Assembly: GCA_002633005.1 (NCBI GenBank)
Contig: NMRA01001003.1
Span: 1-64,000 of the forward strand
DNA: 64,000 bases
Direction: 5' to 3'
From: Phoronis australis
Lineage: Eukaryota; Animalia; Phoronida
In this document: in pieces, positions 51,201-64,000 of the stretch
Layout of the letters: the number at the start of each line of letters is the position of its first letter
Numbering within the stretch: position 1 is the first letter of the stretch
Notes under the pieces: generated by a model
The model's database searches: none
What the model was told of the DNA's origin: nothing
Seen by the model: the letters and a program-made list of their open reading frames with translations, nothing else
Made by a program: the position numbers and the translations under genes

Positions 51201-54200
51201 AGACAATTACATGCTACACCTAGTTTTCGCATCAACTGAGTACGTCTGGCTACTTTTAACTATTCTTTTTCTCAAAACACAGCCAATAATTGTCTTGACT
51301 GTAAAAACATGACTAAATGAACTGTATCAAGAACCACAACTGATAAATAAAACTCAACACCGTTGATACAATTGGGTGAATATGAGGATACAATGTTTTG
51401 AATTTTCCAATGTATTTGCTCTATCACCTGACTGTGTGATATTTACTTTAAATTTTTAGCCAGAAGTTTTCCTTTTGGTATTTTGTCATAACGTAAGCTA
51501 GGGAGACGAAATCCACTAAAATTTAAATTGCAAAAAATGCACGAAATTTCATTTACATCAGAAACACAATTTCAAAACTGTAAAGAATGCACGAATTTTA
51601 TTTAATGTTATGAAGTTTCAGAAACATAATATTATGTTCAAAGTTGTCAATTATCACCCCTTTACATTTTTGATACACCTGATATTACTTGCCAATGCCT
51701 AGACACAAAATTGTGCCCAGTTCAAATACTGAATGAAAGCCTACCTGAGTAACCCTTTGACCACTGGCCTTCCTTACAATCAGACTCTCAGGTACACCAA
51801 TTAATTCGGCCACTTTTAACTCATCACTTTTGAGTTTGCCCAGCTACAGAAAAAGAGAATGAACAGTCAGTACAGGGGCTATATTTTGTCACTGAAATGG
51901 CCAAGTTAGAACTGCAGCTGTGGTTTCCAACTGTAATTGTGTCAAAACGAGGCAGTATATAATTCAGAGATGTGCCAAACAAACTAGATATGTGACTTTT
52001 ATCAAGCGCTCCCTGTGGCAGTTTTAAAAACTAATGCTAGTCACACCATACAGAAGCATTATAGCTTGATCAAGCGCTCCCTGTGGCAGTTCGTAAAACT
52101 AACACAAGTCATACTGTACAAAGGCATTACAGCTTTATCCAACTAAAAACAATATTCCCATTTCCAAACTTGCCCTAAAATATTTCATCAAAAGTTTATG
52201 TAAGATAACAGCACAGCATAAGACCTGTTGACAGTAGATCATCCAGTCTGGGTTGATCTGCTCAGCCATGTCGTAGGGTGTCACTAGGTAGACAAGATGG
52301 AGGTAGTTGGCCAACACCAGAGACTGCTGAGCTTGGCACAAGTCTCTGTAAAGCTGAGGGGCACGGTCAACATCCACACCGCCTGCAACAAGTGGAGACA
52401 ACCATCACTACTTACACCAAGTGGGTATGCTCACCCTGAAAATCAACGAGCACTGCCCCAAAACTAGAAGACCGGAAAAGGTTAATTTGGCATAGAAACA
52501 AAATCAAATGAGTATTCGAAAATTCGTAATAGTATTCTTGAGGTGAACTGTGAAGTTTTCATTTGAAAAGGTTTGAGTTAAAATTGATCAAGGGGGTATT
52601 TTGCTATGAATGTACATTAATTTTCTTAAAAACGAAATTTTGTCTTAACAAAGTTGGTAACTTAGTGATAATATTCTCACGTAAATATTAAAAACATAAT
52701 ATATAATCTCTAATCTCATAATCTCTAATCTCATAATCTCTATTCTTATAATCTCTAATCTTTTTTCTATCAGAAAATATATGCTTTTACTCACTGTTGT
52801 TTGATATATGAGTTAGAATGGAGGTCACTCAATAAGGTTTGAAATAACCTTAACTTAGGAATATTTGGATCATGTTCAACCTTGCTTTTGCATACACATT
52901 TCCTAAAGTATTCCCATAGGATGAATGGAAGATGATATCAGGGATAAGTCATTGCCTGAGTATTACGATAAGTAATAAGATTAATGCAGATTTGATCAAA
53001 TGGTGAAAGAAGAACGAAGACTTCATGGCCAAGAAATTGAACTGAAAAACTTACAGTTCAGTTTATTTGACCAATAATGCATTTCATCTATGGCAAGACT
53101 CGAGTCACCTGGTGCCACGAAGTAAACTTTTCATGAAAAATACACAGTGAATCTCCGAACTTCTCTAGTTAGTACAAACTCTCAATATTTGTTCACATTT
53201 CAATCTCATATTTCTTACAAAACCTGAAAAAAAAAACACTCAACCAGTGCACACGTTGCTATTACCCTCAAAGAACGTGGATCAATTTCATTTTTTGATT
53301 GTTGAACAATCATGATAAATTTTGCAAAGAGCTTGATATTCAAACCAAATCTGCATGGTCGGCACTTTTTCCAATCAATTGTTTGCAGTTTTCATGGCGA
53401 ACATGGTTTATGTGTGAAACATTTCTTCTAGATCATTATAATTTCAGCCAACATTTCTCCAGGAATTCACCTTGGTACATTTTAAAATATACTAAGGTTT
53501 TAAAGCACAAACCAAGTTAGCCTATTGTATGCAGTCATACTTATCATTAACAGTCATCTGAGATCCCTAGTCTCCAAAAAGATGATGATCATACAAGTTA
53601 ACATTCAGAGCTCAACAGGGTGTGGACCAGTCAGTTACCCTCTGATTACCTTTGAAAGCAGCTCTGCCAAGCTCTGTAGCTGACATTGATCCACAAACAT
53701 CACGTTTAATCAGCTTCAGCTCAAAAAGCTTGTTGAGAGCATCTTGAGCGACCTCATTTAAGTTGAGCTGAAGCAGTGAAGACTGCAAGGAGGCCAAGCT
53801 GGACAGCATGAACCTCTGAATATCGTCAACGGTGGCAGCAATCTGTAAAGTAAGGGACTTGTAACATGAAACTCAGGATATCATAGATAGTGGCAGCAAT
53901 CTGCAACATGAATGCCAAAGTGAACACCTGTATGTCAGAGTGAAGATTTCGCTTGAAGCCAGCCGATCCAGATTACGTAGGATGAAATTCTTTGATTTCA
54001 GGTTCGGTACACTGCTTAAGTCCTGAAAGTAGCTGGCATTATATTCTTCACACTTACAAATGATTAAACATTGTTAATTCGTGTTCCGAAATCTCTCCTG
54101 GGAGTATCGGAATTGTAAAAACCCGCTACAGAATCATTTAGGCTTGAAGGTCCACTGACCACTGGAATATAATTGAAACATGCTTACCTTGAGACCTACA

Positions 54201-57200
54201 CAGGACAACAACAGTGCCCTAATCCCCTTTCCTCCTTCATAGTACAAGCTGCTGGTACATTTACCACACGGCCCACTAACGAGGTCACGTACCTGAAATA
54301 GCATGACACTGTGGATCCCCAGCCACCAATTGACTACGAGGAAAACAAGGCAAGAATATTCAATGTATAAATATTACTCGTTACGAAAAGCACACTGCAT
54401 CCTGGGAATTTTCAAGCATGACAAGACTAAATGCTTTCACTGATGTAAAACAAAGTTGCTCTTTATAAGAGAAACACTTTACAGTTTACAAGTACGTCAC
54501 AGTTTGCAAGTACACATGACACAGTTTACAAGAACAGAGATAGCTGACAGCAGTTTGGGCACAAATGGCAGTTTCATCTTGAATCAATTTCTATCAGTAC
54601 TAAAGGAAATAAAAGATAAATACAGTATCAAACTTTACCTTCTCTCGGTCAGTGTTCTTCACAATCAATATACTATCACCAGATGTATCAATGCCTGCCC
54701 TGCCCGCTCGACCTGTCATTTGCTTGTACTGGCTGTACGAGATGAACTCTGACCCCACGTAAGCAGAACGAAGTATGACTCTGTATTCAGATAAGCATTA
54801 CATTACTGTGTCATGAACTGGTAATTGTTTATCAGACTATGGTTTTAACTATTAAAGAACAGCATAGATCTTCCACGTCTGCTTTAAAAACAAAATATGT
54901 TGTGGAAGACAGCATAAATTGCGTGATTGATATATACTTCATATACTTCCATTTCCCAACGGGTTCCAAGTCAACCACAATCTTCTCAGGATTGACCATA
55001 GTTGAGTATTTACCCATTTCCTAGTACGAATGACTGCCACAGACTCCACAAGATGAGAAAACAAGAAACAAGAGCAACGCAGAGCGTTGAAATGCGCCCA
55101 CAATTGCACCGCATACGGTATCCTTCTAGGGTTGTTTATTGGTACCATACAGTGGCCAGTAGAGGGCTTATATGTAGTATGTTGTACTTTGCAAAATGGA
55201 AAGGCATGGTCATTGTCTCCTCAATAGGCTAGAGGCAAAATGTGAGTAATCTTCATAATACAAGCACATCCTATACACCAGTGGCTTAAAGCACCACAGA
55301 AACATAGAATTAAAAACAAATTTACCAACATACGAGGTTAGCACAGCATTAGAATGCCAGAAACAAATTTCTACTTGGAACTTTTCCTTCATAGTCACGA
55401 ACTAACACAAAGTATACACCTGAAGACAAATGAAAATACAGAGGTCAATGTAAAATACTAAAATTGCCACTAGAGGCATACCGGTAGTCGGATCCGTCCG
55501 AAAGTTCGCACATGCCGTCCCATTCATGAATGGAACATATGTGCCAAATTTCATGAACGTATGTCAAAGGGTTTTGGAGATAGAGCAGCGGACGCCGGAT
55601 TCCGGACGGACGGACAGAGATGACGGCATAATGCGTCCACATATAAATATGTGGGCGCATAAAAATGATCACTACTGCTCACTTCAGATTGAATTTAAAA
55701 AGAGTAGCAAACCACATACCTTTTTGCAGGAAGATTCACACCAGCTGCCAGTGTAGATGTACATGTCAACAGACAGAGGATACCACTAGAATATGACTCT
55801 TCAATAACTTTACGCTCATCAGCAGTCAGCCCACTGTGATGGTAGGCCACACCATATTGAATGGTCTTCTTTAGCACCTCGCAGATTTGACCATTACCTT
55901 CTTCGATGAGCTGCTTGATAAGGGCACGGCGTTCATCTTTTCTGATGTCCATCAGATGCCTTTGAAACAAAGCATACTGATTTTTCCCTGTGCAGTTAAT
56001 ATTGCAGCATGAATGCCAATTTTGCTCAACCCAATCTGGTTATAGCGAGTTAGACTGGTTGATTCGGCAAATGACAATGCCTAGCGTTTAATTTTTGCGA
56101 TGTAGAAATTTTTTGAATGAGTAATTTAGTTATCTCAATGCACAACAGTTAGAAATGATAGCATGCTAGCAAATAATTCACCAAAATCCTTTGAAATTTC
56201 ACAGCCTTAAATCTGACTGAAAGGACACTATGTAGCGCTGAGCGCTGCGCATCAAGTAGTCTTAATGCTATCTAGTGATAAAGCATACTTCATTATGTCA
56301 CTGCTCAGTCAGAAAGTGTCGTTGCTACTTTTTACATTGTAGCAGCCATTGTTATAGGGATCCATAAAATTAAACCATAGTCAGACACACAATTACTGAA
56401 TTTGCAAATAAAACAAAAAGTCATCACATCTGAGTAGAGTCCGATCCTTGCGGATGACTGCATCAACATGAAGGTTGGGGTCAACTTAAAGTCAAGTGAG
56501 CCAGCTGTTCACATATTAAGTAAAAACACACCACAGAAAACACGTCTGGGTTTTAATCTTTTCAAAACAAAGAACGCTAGAAATAATAAAATAATCAAAG
56601 TGCTCTGAGGAGCAACACTTGGTAAAATGGAGGGAAAAAGCAAGGACTAATACAGAGACAGCAACAACAAAGATGACGACGTCTGCAACACCGATGAGCA
56701 AGTAAAGGGTGACTTCACTATGTCATCACAAACTCCAAAGATACAGGAGCAAAAAAATATGATTGCCACTGGGGGCACAGCAGCAGTTGGATCCATTAAA
56801 AAGTTTGCTCATTCTGTCCCATCAGTGTCTGCAAATTTCATGTCAAACATCCATCAAGGGTTTAGGAGATCCAGGAGCAGACTGAATAGATGACTGACCA
56901 GATGGAAGAACGATTGACTGGGTGAATGGGGCCAGCAGTATAATTTGACCACACAAGCACGCACGCATGCACACGAACACGCACACGAACATGCACACAC
57001 ACACGAGCACATAACAATGGCCACCAGTGTCATTGTGTGTCCAATTTCAACAGCAAATAACTGGTGCTGACGCAATGCAATCATATGACTGTGATAAATT
57101 TCATAAGGATCCGTTAAGTGTTTTTTGAAACAAAATATTGAACAAGCAAACGTAACGATGTGCGACAGACTGACGAGATACCAACTACATGCAACCACGA

Positions 57201-60200
57201 ACAGAGCACAATAACTGGCATCATTTGAATTTTGCCAAGTAATAACATAACAACAAATTGCAAGGTGAAAATTTGCTTTTTGTAAGATGTCACATGGCTG
57301 AAAGCTGTCAAACTACTGTACACAAACTATTGCTTATAAAATAAATTCAGGTTCAATTGTATGGAGGATTTAGAAAAAATACATTTTTGTGGGTTGACAA
57401 TGAATATTCAACATATGTCAGATAGTATCACTAACAAAATTAATGTTGACAATTTGCTGCCTAACGAAATTTTAGAAATCAAGAAAGCAAAGTGCTTCGC
57501 AAAGTGCTAACTCAAAATCGAATAAGCACACAACGTCAAACCCTTCAGTACCACAACAAATGTCTGACAAAAACAGCGTAGTCACAATATCCAGGAGTAT
57601 GCTTCGTCACTAATTGCCATGGAATGTAGTTTTTGACAGAAAACGAATCAGGCATAGGAAACGAATAGGAGACTCAGACCTACCTAGGCATATTCTTGCA
57701 TATCATGATGGCAACATTTTCACAGTTTTTCTTAGTTTGACAAAACACAAGACACGAGTTGTGTGGTATGACTTCAGACACCAGTCCAATAATGTGGTCG
57801 GGGTCAGCACTGCGGAGAGCCTTGGTGTACTGTGAAACAAGAAACAATATGGCTGACAACATGGCTGACTCACACAGATCAGGAGAACCTCAGCATACGG
57901 TAAAACAAGAAACAACATGGCAGACTCACACAATCAATAAACTTGACTACTAACGGCAATGTGACACAAGCAACGCGGATGCCATTGTTAGTGTCAAGTG
58001 GGAAACTTTCATGGAATTAGGACACATTGAGTGAAAAGAGGAAATCAACCTTATGGTAGCCTGTCATATCTTGAATATGCGCATGCATGTGTACAATCAT
58101 GTGTGTTTCAACTAACATCAACGGAACACCACAAAGCATTACAAACACTGAACGCTTAACTAGCACTTTACATCACCAGAAGGGAAAAAGTCACAATAAA
58201 AGGACTTGGTATTATCTTCTACTTACAGGAAACGTGGTTGTGCGACTGTGTTTGATGACATCTTCAGGACACTTGGCACTACTGTCTACCGAATAGAGAG
58301 TGTCGTTGAGTTTAATATATTCCTTTAGCTCAACCTGAAAGCAAAGCAATATTCAATTCTTTCATGATGACTCAAAAAAGATGCTTGGGATAGGTGGACT
58401 AAAGACAACCACTACGGTACCTCGTCATTTATAACCAGAGACTTCAGATCCCCTCTACAGGAAAAACAGCAAGTGAAATTTCAAGATAAATATTTAGGTA
58501 ATTCAAAGCATAACGGTAGAAGCATGTTGACTACAGTGAAATAAAGAAGGACTTTACTTAAAACCAAGGGAGGTCACAGTTTCTGCAGAACTCTCCTTGT
58601 GCGCTTTTTGAAACGGAAAAGGAAAGCGTTACGAGGAATGACAATATGGCAAGATTGAATGAACCGGTGACAAAGCAATGACCGCACAACCAATGACGAT
58701 GTTGTCACCACCACCACAACCATTACCAACACCACAACCACCACGCGACCAATGAAAATTATCTAAATCCTTACAAAGATCCACAGCTCCAATCAACAAA
58801 TAGAGCAAACTAAGCAAGTTAACGGCATAATGAAAGTTAGCTCTAAATCACTTGGCTGTATGATAGATTCAAAAAGCAAGTAAACTGCACAATGACCAAG
58901 AGTTAGCTCTGAATCACTTGGCTGAAAGGTGGATTCAATAAGCAACTGCAAAATAATAGTTAGTTCGAACTCACAAAGCCAATATGCAACAATGTAACAA
59001 AATAACACTTACCGGGCGGAAATCATTACTGTACAGTTGTGCCTTCAAAAATTCCTGCACGTCAGAGATGTTACTCAGTGTGGCACTCATTCCCAAAATC
59101 TGGACGTTATCTACAGATAGGAAAGTACACTGTTCACACATTACTTAAGAAATAACATTATCCAACAAACACCTCATACAAATTCATACACGAGGTTAAA
59201 AAATAACTGCTATGTTGTCTACACAAAAGTAAGCACTGGGTTTCTCTATGACCAATAACAAAAATGTAGTTCTAAGCCCTCCCAATGGGTACATATTTCG
59301 CCCAGAGTCCAAGCAAGACTCTCATCATACAGGGGTACCCTTAGTGGGGATAACTATTAGTAATGGAAGTAATGCACAGATAAATCTTCAAAGCCATAAG
59401 TCATTACATCACATTGATTTCAGGCAGTGCAATGTGCCAGAGCATTTACAGGTACGATACTTGTTACTCAAAACCTTGATGACTCAAGACTATCTGTCCA
59501 TCTGCAGATTCTTTCCGCTCAATTTCGGCACCATAATGAATTCAAGAAACAAAACACTAAAGATTAATACAATTCTTCATACGATAAAAATTACCAAAGA
59601 ATGGAAAGACACACATTAATAAACTGAAAGCAATCAAACAAAGGAACCACAGCTTGTTTCAGCCAATGAAAAAATTTGCCTACGCTTACATTCTTATGTG
59701 GTTTACTGTTGTAGTTTTCAACATAGTGCCTTTCAAAATGGCATCAAAATACATTTATTTGTAACCTTACACAATCCCCTACATGTGCACACAAAATTGA
59801 GACCTGTGGCTGACAAAAGTGGAATGTGGAGAATTTTACAAATCACTAATTTCATGACTGCTTATTATATCAACGTATAGGCCAAGGTGGGTGTGCTGGT
59901 GTCATGACCAATGACTGCTTATTATATCAACGTATAGGCCAAGGTGGGTGTGCTGGTGTCATGACCAATGACTGCTTATTATATCAACGTGTAGGCCAAG
60001 GTGGGTGTGCTGGTGTCATGACCAATGGAACAGGCACCTGCATTACAAATGACGTGAAATTCCCACAAAATCATTTTTAAACTACAAATAAATGTGCAGT
60101 GCATGTATAAATCAGTTGTATAAAGTGTAACCATGCACATACTATGGACCACCATCAGTTTAGTGAGAGTCTCTTCCAAGATAGCACCGCGTCTCCCTCC

Positions 60201-63200
60201 CTCTCCAAGCATGTGAAGCTGTCAAAAAAGAACAGTAGTCATTAGTGACAAGAGCAACAAGGTGTGTACATTACAAATGCCAAATGTATGTGAAGGCTTA
60301 TTTGTTCAAATATTTCTACACTATAAATTGAACAACACTCAGGAACTTAAAATTGATTTTAAGGGAGCAATTAGGGATGACAATCCTGGAAGATAACGAG
60401 ATTGTCGCAAAAAAAACCCCTGAAATTACAAAAGACCTCAACTTTGGCCAACCTCAAAGCATCATATCTCTGAAATGGCTGATTGGATTCATACGAAACT
60501 TTCAGAAAGTATGCTTTTTGCACTATTCTCCAAAGCGCTGTTAGGAATTGTTTTTCCAGTGTTCTGCTTTTGCACAAAGAGCTGGTACTTCAGTCAAGGA
60601 TTTTTCTGAACAAGTTGCATAAACCGAAAACTAACTGATAACTTAGAAAACTGTTTATACAGTGTTTCTGAGATCTTGATCCATTTATACCAAAAGAAAC
60701 TTGGTCACTGTTCCCATTATTTTGATATGACTGCTACTTTTGCAGAAGTTTAATGAACACATGGCCAAGTGACACAATTATTCAGAGAATGGTGCAAAGT
60801 TAACAAAAGCAATGCCGAACGTCGATATGTGCCTACTGCATGCATCGCATACAGCTCAGACACAAAGGACGATCCTTATGTTCATCATTCCCACAAAAGG
60901 GAGTATGGTTGAAGAACTTATAGGCGTTACGGGGTGCAAAGTACGTCAACAATCCTCACTTCAATAGAAGCATACCTGACGCCCTTCATCATGAGAATTC
61001 ACGAAGTTTGGCGGAAACAAAGAAAACGTATTTAACAAAAACAGTAAAAAGTCCACTAGGAGGCACAATGTAGGTCAAATCCCTCTGACACAGAAACTTA
61101 TTTGCCAAATTTCGTGAACATCAGTCAAGGAACTTGACAGATATCAAGACAAATGCAGCTGTGGTCATCTCACCAGGAAAACATTCTGCAAACTCTCATA
61201 ACCATCGTTGGAGAGGTTTGGCCGATGGAGAGGCAGATGCCAAAAAACTCATAAACAATAAAATTGGCCACTAAATGGTGAAAAACATGTAAAATCTATC
61301 CAAAAATGCTTAGCTGGCGTCATCTTCATAACATTTAACTGATCTACCAAATTTCATGAAAATCCATTAAGGAACTCCATGATACTGAGGCAAACGTAAA
61401 AAACTAAAATTACCACCAGGGGGCACACCGGAAGCCAACCATCCCATCCATAACAGGAACATATCTCATTCTGCAAAATTTCGTGAGCATACAGCAGACA
61501 CAGGACACAGGACAGTCTGACAGGGATGATGGCATAATGCAAACAGATATGTGGGCGCATCATATAATGATCTACAGTTAGGAGATCTAAGTGTCAAGAC
61601 CACCTGCTTTACTGTTATACCTTGAAACATGACAAGGCATAGAAAGCAAAACTTCCTATAGACAGTATATGCTAGAGTACATAAATCTGGCTAATGTATT
61701 TACAAATTAAAACCAATAACTCGAGATTTATAGACACCATCGAGTTGGAGGAAGTGTTGCTTTCATAAAACCTACAAGACTACATTGGCTCTGCCAGGGG
61801 ATTATGATATTTCTTGCTCAACACTAACACACCTCATCCACTACCACCAAACCAAGGCTTCCAATTCTCTCCTCCTCTATTAGAGAGTTCACCAGACTGC
61901 AGGCCTTCTCAATGGTGGCAATGTACAATGTCTGCCGCTTCATTCTTCGTTTGGGTGGAATCACTCCTTTGCTGCCAGCGTATTCTTCCACAAGGAAATC
62001 CAACTCTGAAGCGAATTCCACTAGAGTTCGCACCTAACAGCAAGAATTCAATGATAAAATTACAACATTGGTCAAGTATCATTTTCTAGGTCAAGTAACA
62101 CTTACTAGCATGTACAACACATGTATAACTCGTATCAAAGCTCAATAACAAATTGCTTTTTCTGATAAATTACTTAACTGTTGAATCATAAAACTAATTT
62201 ATCAACAATATTTGATTGTACAAGTATGAAATTAAGCACAACTGAGATATAAATTTTGCCAAATCTTGCCTAACCATCCGTTTTGCATGTTATTGTTCAA
62301 TTTGAACACAATAGATTAAACCACATCTACCAAATCTTATTAAGGTCCTCTAAGGCGTTTAGGAAATGCCATAGCAGAAGTTTGGCGCCAGGTGCCCAGA
62401 CAGAGATAACGGCAACCTGCACCCATATCTGTGGGCACATATAAATTCTTTGAAAATGAGAACATTTGAAGTTGGTGGCACTGAGAGTATTGCTTATTGC
62501 AGAGTTTATGAACTTCTCTATTCATCACCATACTCCAAACAAGGGTGTTTTTTGTGTGACATCATGAACATCTGAAGCATGATTGGCCAGTAATAATGAA
62601 TGAGATTTTGGCCCTTGTGGCCTAAAGAAGACAAAAAGAAAATGTTATATATTGATGCATAAATATATGGGAAAAGCTCAAAATTGCCAACAACTGTTGG
62701 AAAACGGAAAGCATCAGAAAATCTTGAAACTTGAGGTCATGTTTGGTGAGCTGAACAACTAAAAGATTATTAAGTAGCATTTGATGAGTGAGGTTCCAAC
62801 TAAATTCGTAATGTCCAGTAATATAGGCCACGTTTTGCAAGTTGGTAATCCCCAAATCAGACCAATTAATTCTTCAAAACACAGGAATTGTTTCTAAAGC
62901 ACTTCATTTCCCTTTCATAATTTCTAGGAAACAATTGTTGAGTAAAACAAGAACAAAATTACAGAAATACTTCAGAAAACTGTGACAGCATTTTCAAGAT
63001 TTCATTATGTTAATGAATATTGATAACAAAAGTAATTCGATCACTTTGTAACTGATTTCAATTTGCTACGAACGTACCTTTCTTGAGTGCTAAATTTTAT
63101 TAATTGAGACCAGGGGCTGGGCACATGATTTTTTCAATGGTTTGACAAATTGAAAAAACGGACAACAATTGTTGAATGGCCAAGGATCCTACCTTCTCCT

Positions 63201-63371
63201 GGACAATAGCCACAAAGGGCAGAATAAGCAGTGCATCCTTCTTCTTACAAAGCAATTCCCTCATGATGAGAATCTCAGCCACCAGAGTCTTGCCACCACT
63301 AGTAGGCAGTGTGTAGATCAAGTTGTGACCCTCTCTCACAGGCTGCAGGGACAGACATTCATGCTGCCAGT
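45234..63371 (-). CDS. HELQ: Helicase POLQ-like (HEL308), SF2 Ski2-like DNA repair helicase; helicase core to stop codon, N-terminal exons beyond the window
   Basis: Exons 63371-63193, 62033-61833, 60218-60143, 59110-59013, 58334-58227, 57829-57684, 55959-55720, 54780-54639, 54292-54188, 53842-53650, 52382-52225, 51843-51745, 50456-50283, 49763-49650, 49208-49077, 45407-45234 (TGA); all phase-compatible. Motifs [61 protein letters not shown]. Ends shortly after the helix-hairpin-helix region with no polymerase domain, so HELQ rather than POLQ. Confidence 0.97.
47640..48555. repeat. Degenerate tandem array of alternating ~175-bp and ~150-bp units in the last HELQ intron
   Basis: atatcatc anchor at about 47708, 47880, 48026, 48202, 48354, 48538; recurring aaaatggccact and gtgcattgtcatc. 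Confidence 0.75.
55067..55665 (-). mobile_element. Best-preserved HINE/DINE-1-like element copy
   Basis: 11-bp subterminal inverted repeat atgcgcccaca (55092-55102) / tgtgggcgcat (55650-55660), terminal hairpin caacgcagagcgttg, (ggac)n microsatellite, A-run flanks. Confidence 0.85.
56690..57130 (-). mobile_element. Partial copy of the HINE-like family (internal repeats plus CA-rich microsatellite)
   Basis: actccaaagatacagg, gccactgggggcacag and catcaagggtttaggagat shared with other copies. Confidence 0.55.
59854..60027. repeat. 57-bp tandem repeat x3, nearly perfect
   Basis: atgactgcttattatatcaacgtataggccaaggtgggtgtgctggtgtcatgacca at 59854, 59911 and 59968; one substitution seen. Confidence 0.97.
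60802..61567 (-). mobile_element. HINE/DINE-1-like element copy
   Basis: aacaaaagcaatgcc...atgtgcctac at one end and gatggcataatgcaaacagatatgtgggcgcat at the other. Confidence 0.75.
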
Positions 63372-63894
63372 CTACAAGATGGCACCATCTGATAAGAAGT
63401 GGCTCAGGCAGAAAATACAGACACTGATGACATTATTACTGTACAGCAGAAAAAAATAAATGTGCATGAGAAATCAACCATATTTGATACAACAACAGAT
63501 CTCTGGTCATCCCCCTTGTAATCTTGCAGCTTTTTGTGCCTTAATTACAGTTACGTTGACATGTAATTACAAATGGAACAATAGAGCATGCCGTAAATGA
63601 CCCAGGAAATGGCCCGCACTTTCTTTGACCAAACATGAACAACGTGCACAGACTATGTTCAATAGTGACTAGCATATTGCGTTTGCTCAATCAAAATGAA
63701 TGTGAAACCAAGATGCCAGCCTTTAGCTGGGCCGTTCAAGTCACTTTTTATTGTTCCATGGAAAAGGTACACAGGGGTAAATGAAAAGAAATAATTGCCA
63801 CCAAGGGCACACCAGTAGTCAGATTTATCCGAAAATTCCCTCATGCCATCCCATCCACGAACAACATGTCAGCAAAATCCATCAAGGGATTTTG

Positions 63895-63913
63895 GAGAGA
63901 GAGAGAGAGAGAG
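63895..63913. repeat. (GA)n microsatellite at the end of a HINE-like fragment (~63775-63895)
   Basis: gagagagagagagagagag following atccatcaagggattttg. Confidence 0.85.
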
Positions 63914-64000
63914 GTTGTTTATTGCACTTGGAGCTAAGCTCATTTGTACATATTACATTGCAACATTTGGTATAGGTGGCAATTTCATGTCCGGGTATTA

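Noticed and set aside
3805-63082. Several TTAAGG...CCTTAA-bounded segments resembling Kolobok elements (e.g. 3805-4166, 8630-9608, 60358-60718, 62340-63082)
   Set aside because: Inverted termini are too short and degenerate to support by eye; needs a repeat library
45234-63371. POLQ (DNA polymerase theta)
   Set aside because: The frame ends soon after the helicase C-terminal region with the HELQ-type terminal helix; no polymerase domain follows

Overview
AT-rich, repeat-rich genomic DNA from an invertebrate animal (spliced GT-AG genes; no prokaryotic features, no CRISPR, no rRNA or intact tRNA seen). I reconstructed five protein-coding genes by hand from splice sites and reading frames. (1) The 5' part of NHLRC2 (minus, 6 coding exons, runs off the left edge). 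(2) A complete CACUL1 (plus, 9 exons), head-to-head with NHLRC2. (3) An uncharacterised 474-aa ORF with an intronless CDS (plus). (4) A 7-exon, 376-aa gene (minus, 35584-41945) that the ORF track shows only as two fragments: signal peptide, Ser/Thr mucin-like region, two tandem six-cysteine modules spaced like neuritin/RGM-N/DUF19, and a GPI-type tail. This is the most interesting feature. (5) The helicase core and C-terminus of HELQ (minus, 16 exons, runs off the right edge). Non-coding DNA holds a Helentron/DINE-1-like non-autonomous family with internal tandem arrays, two hAT transposase fossils, several MITEs, a ~670-bp fold-back hairpin in CACUL1 intron 1, and a ~730-bp duplication flanking an assembly gap. 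All family assignments rest on recalled sequences and motifs, not database searches.
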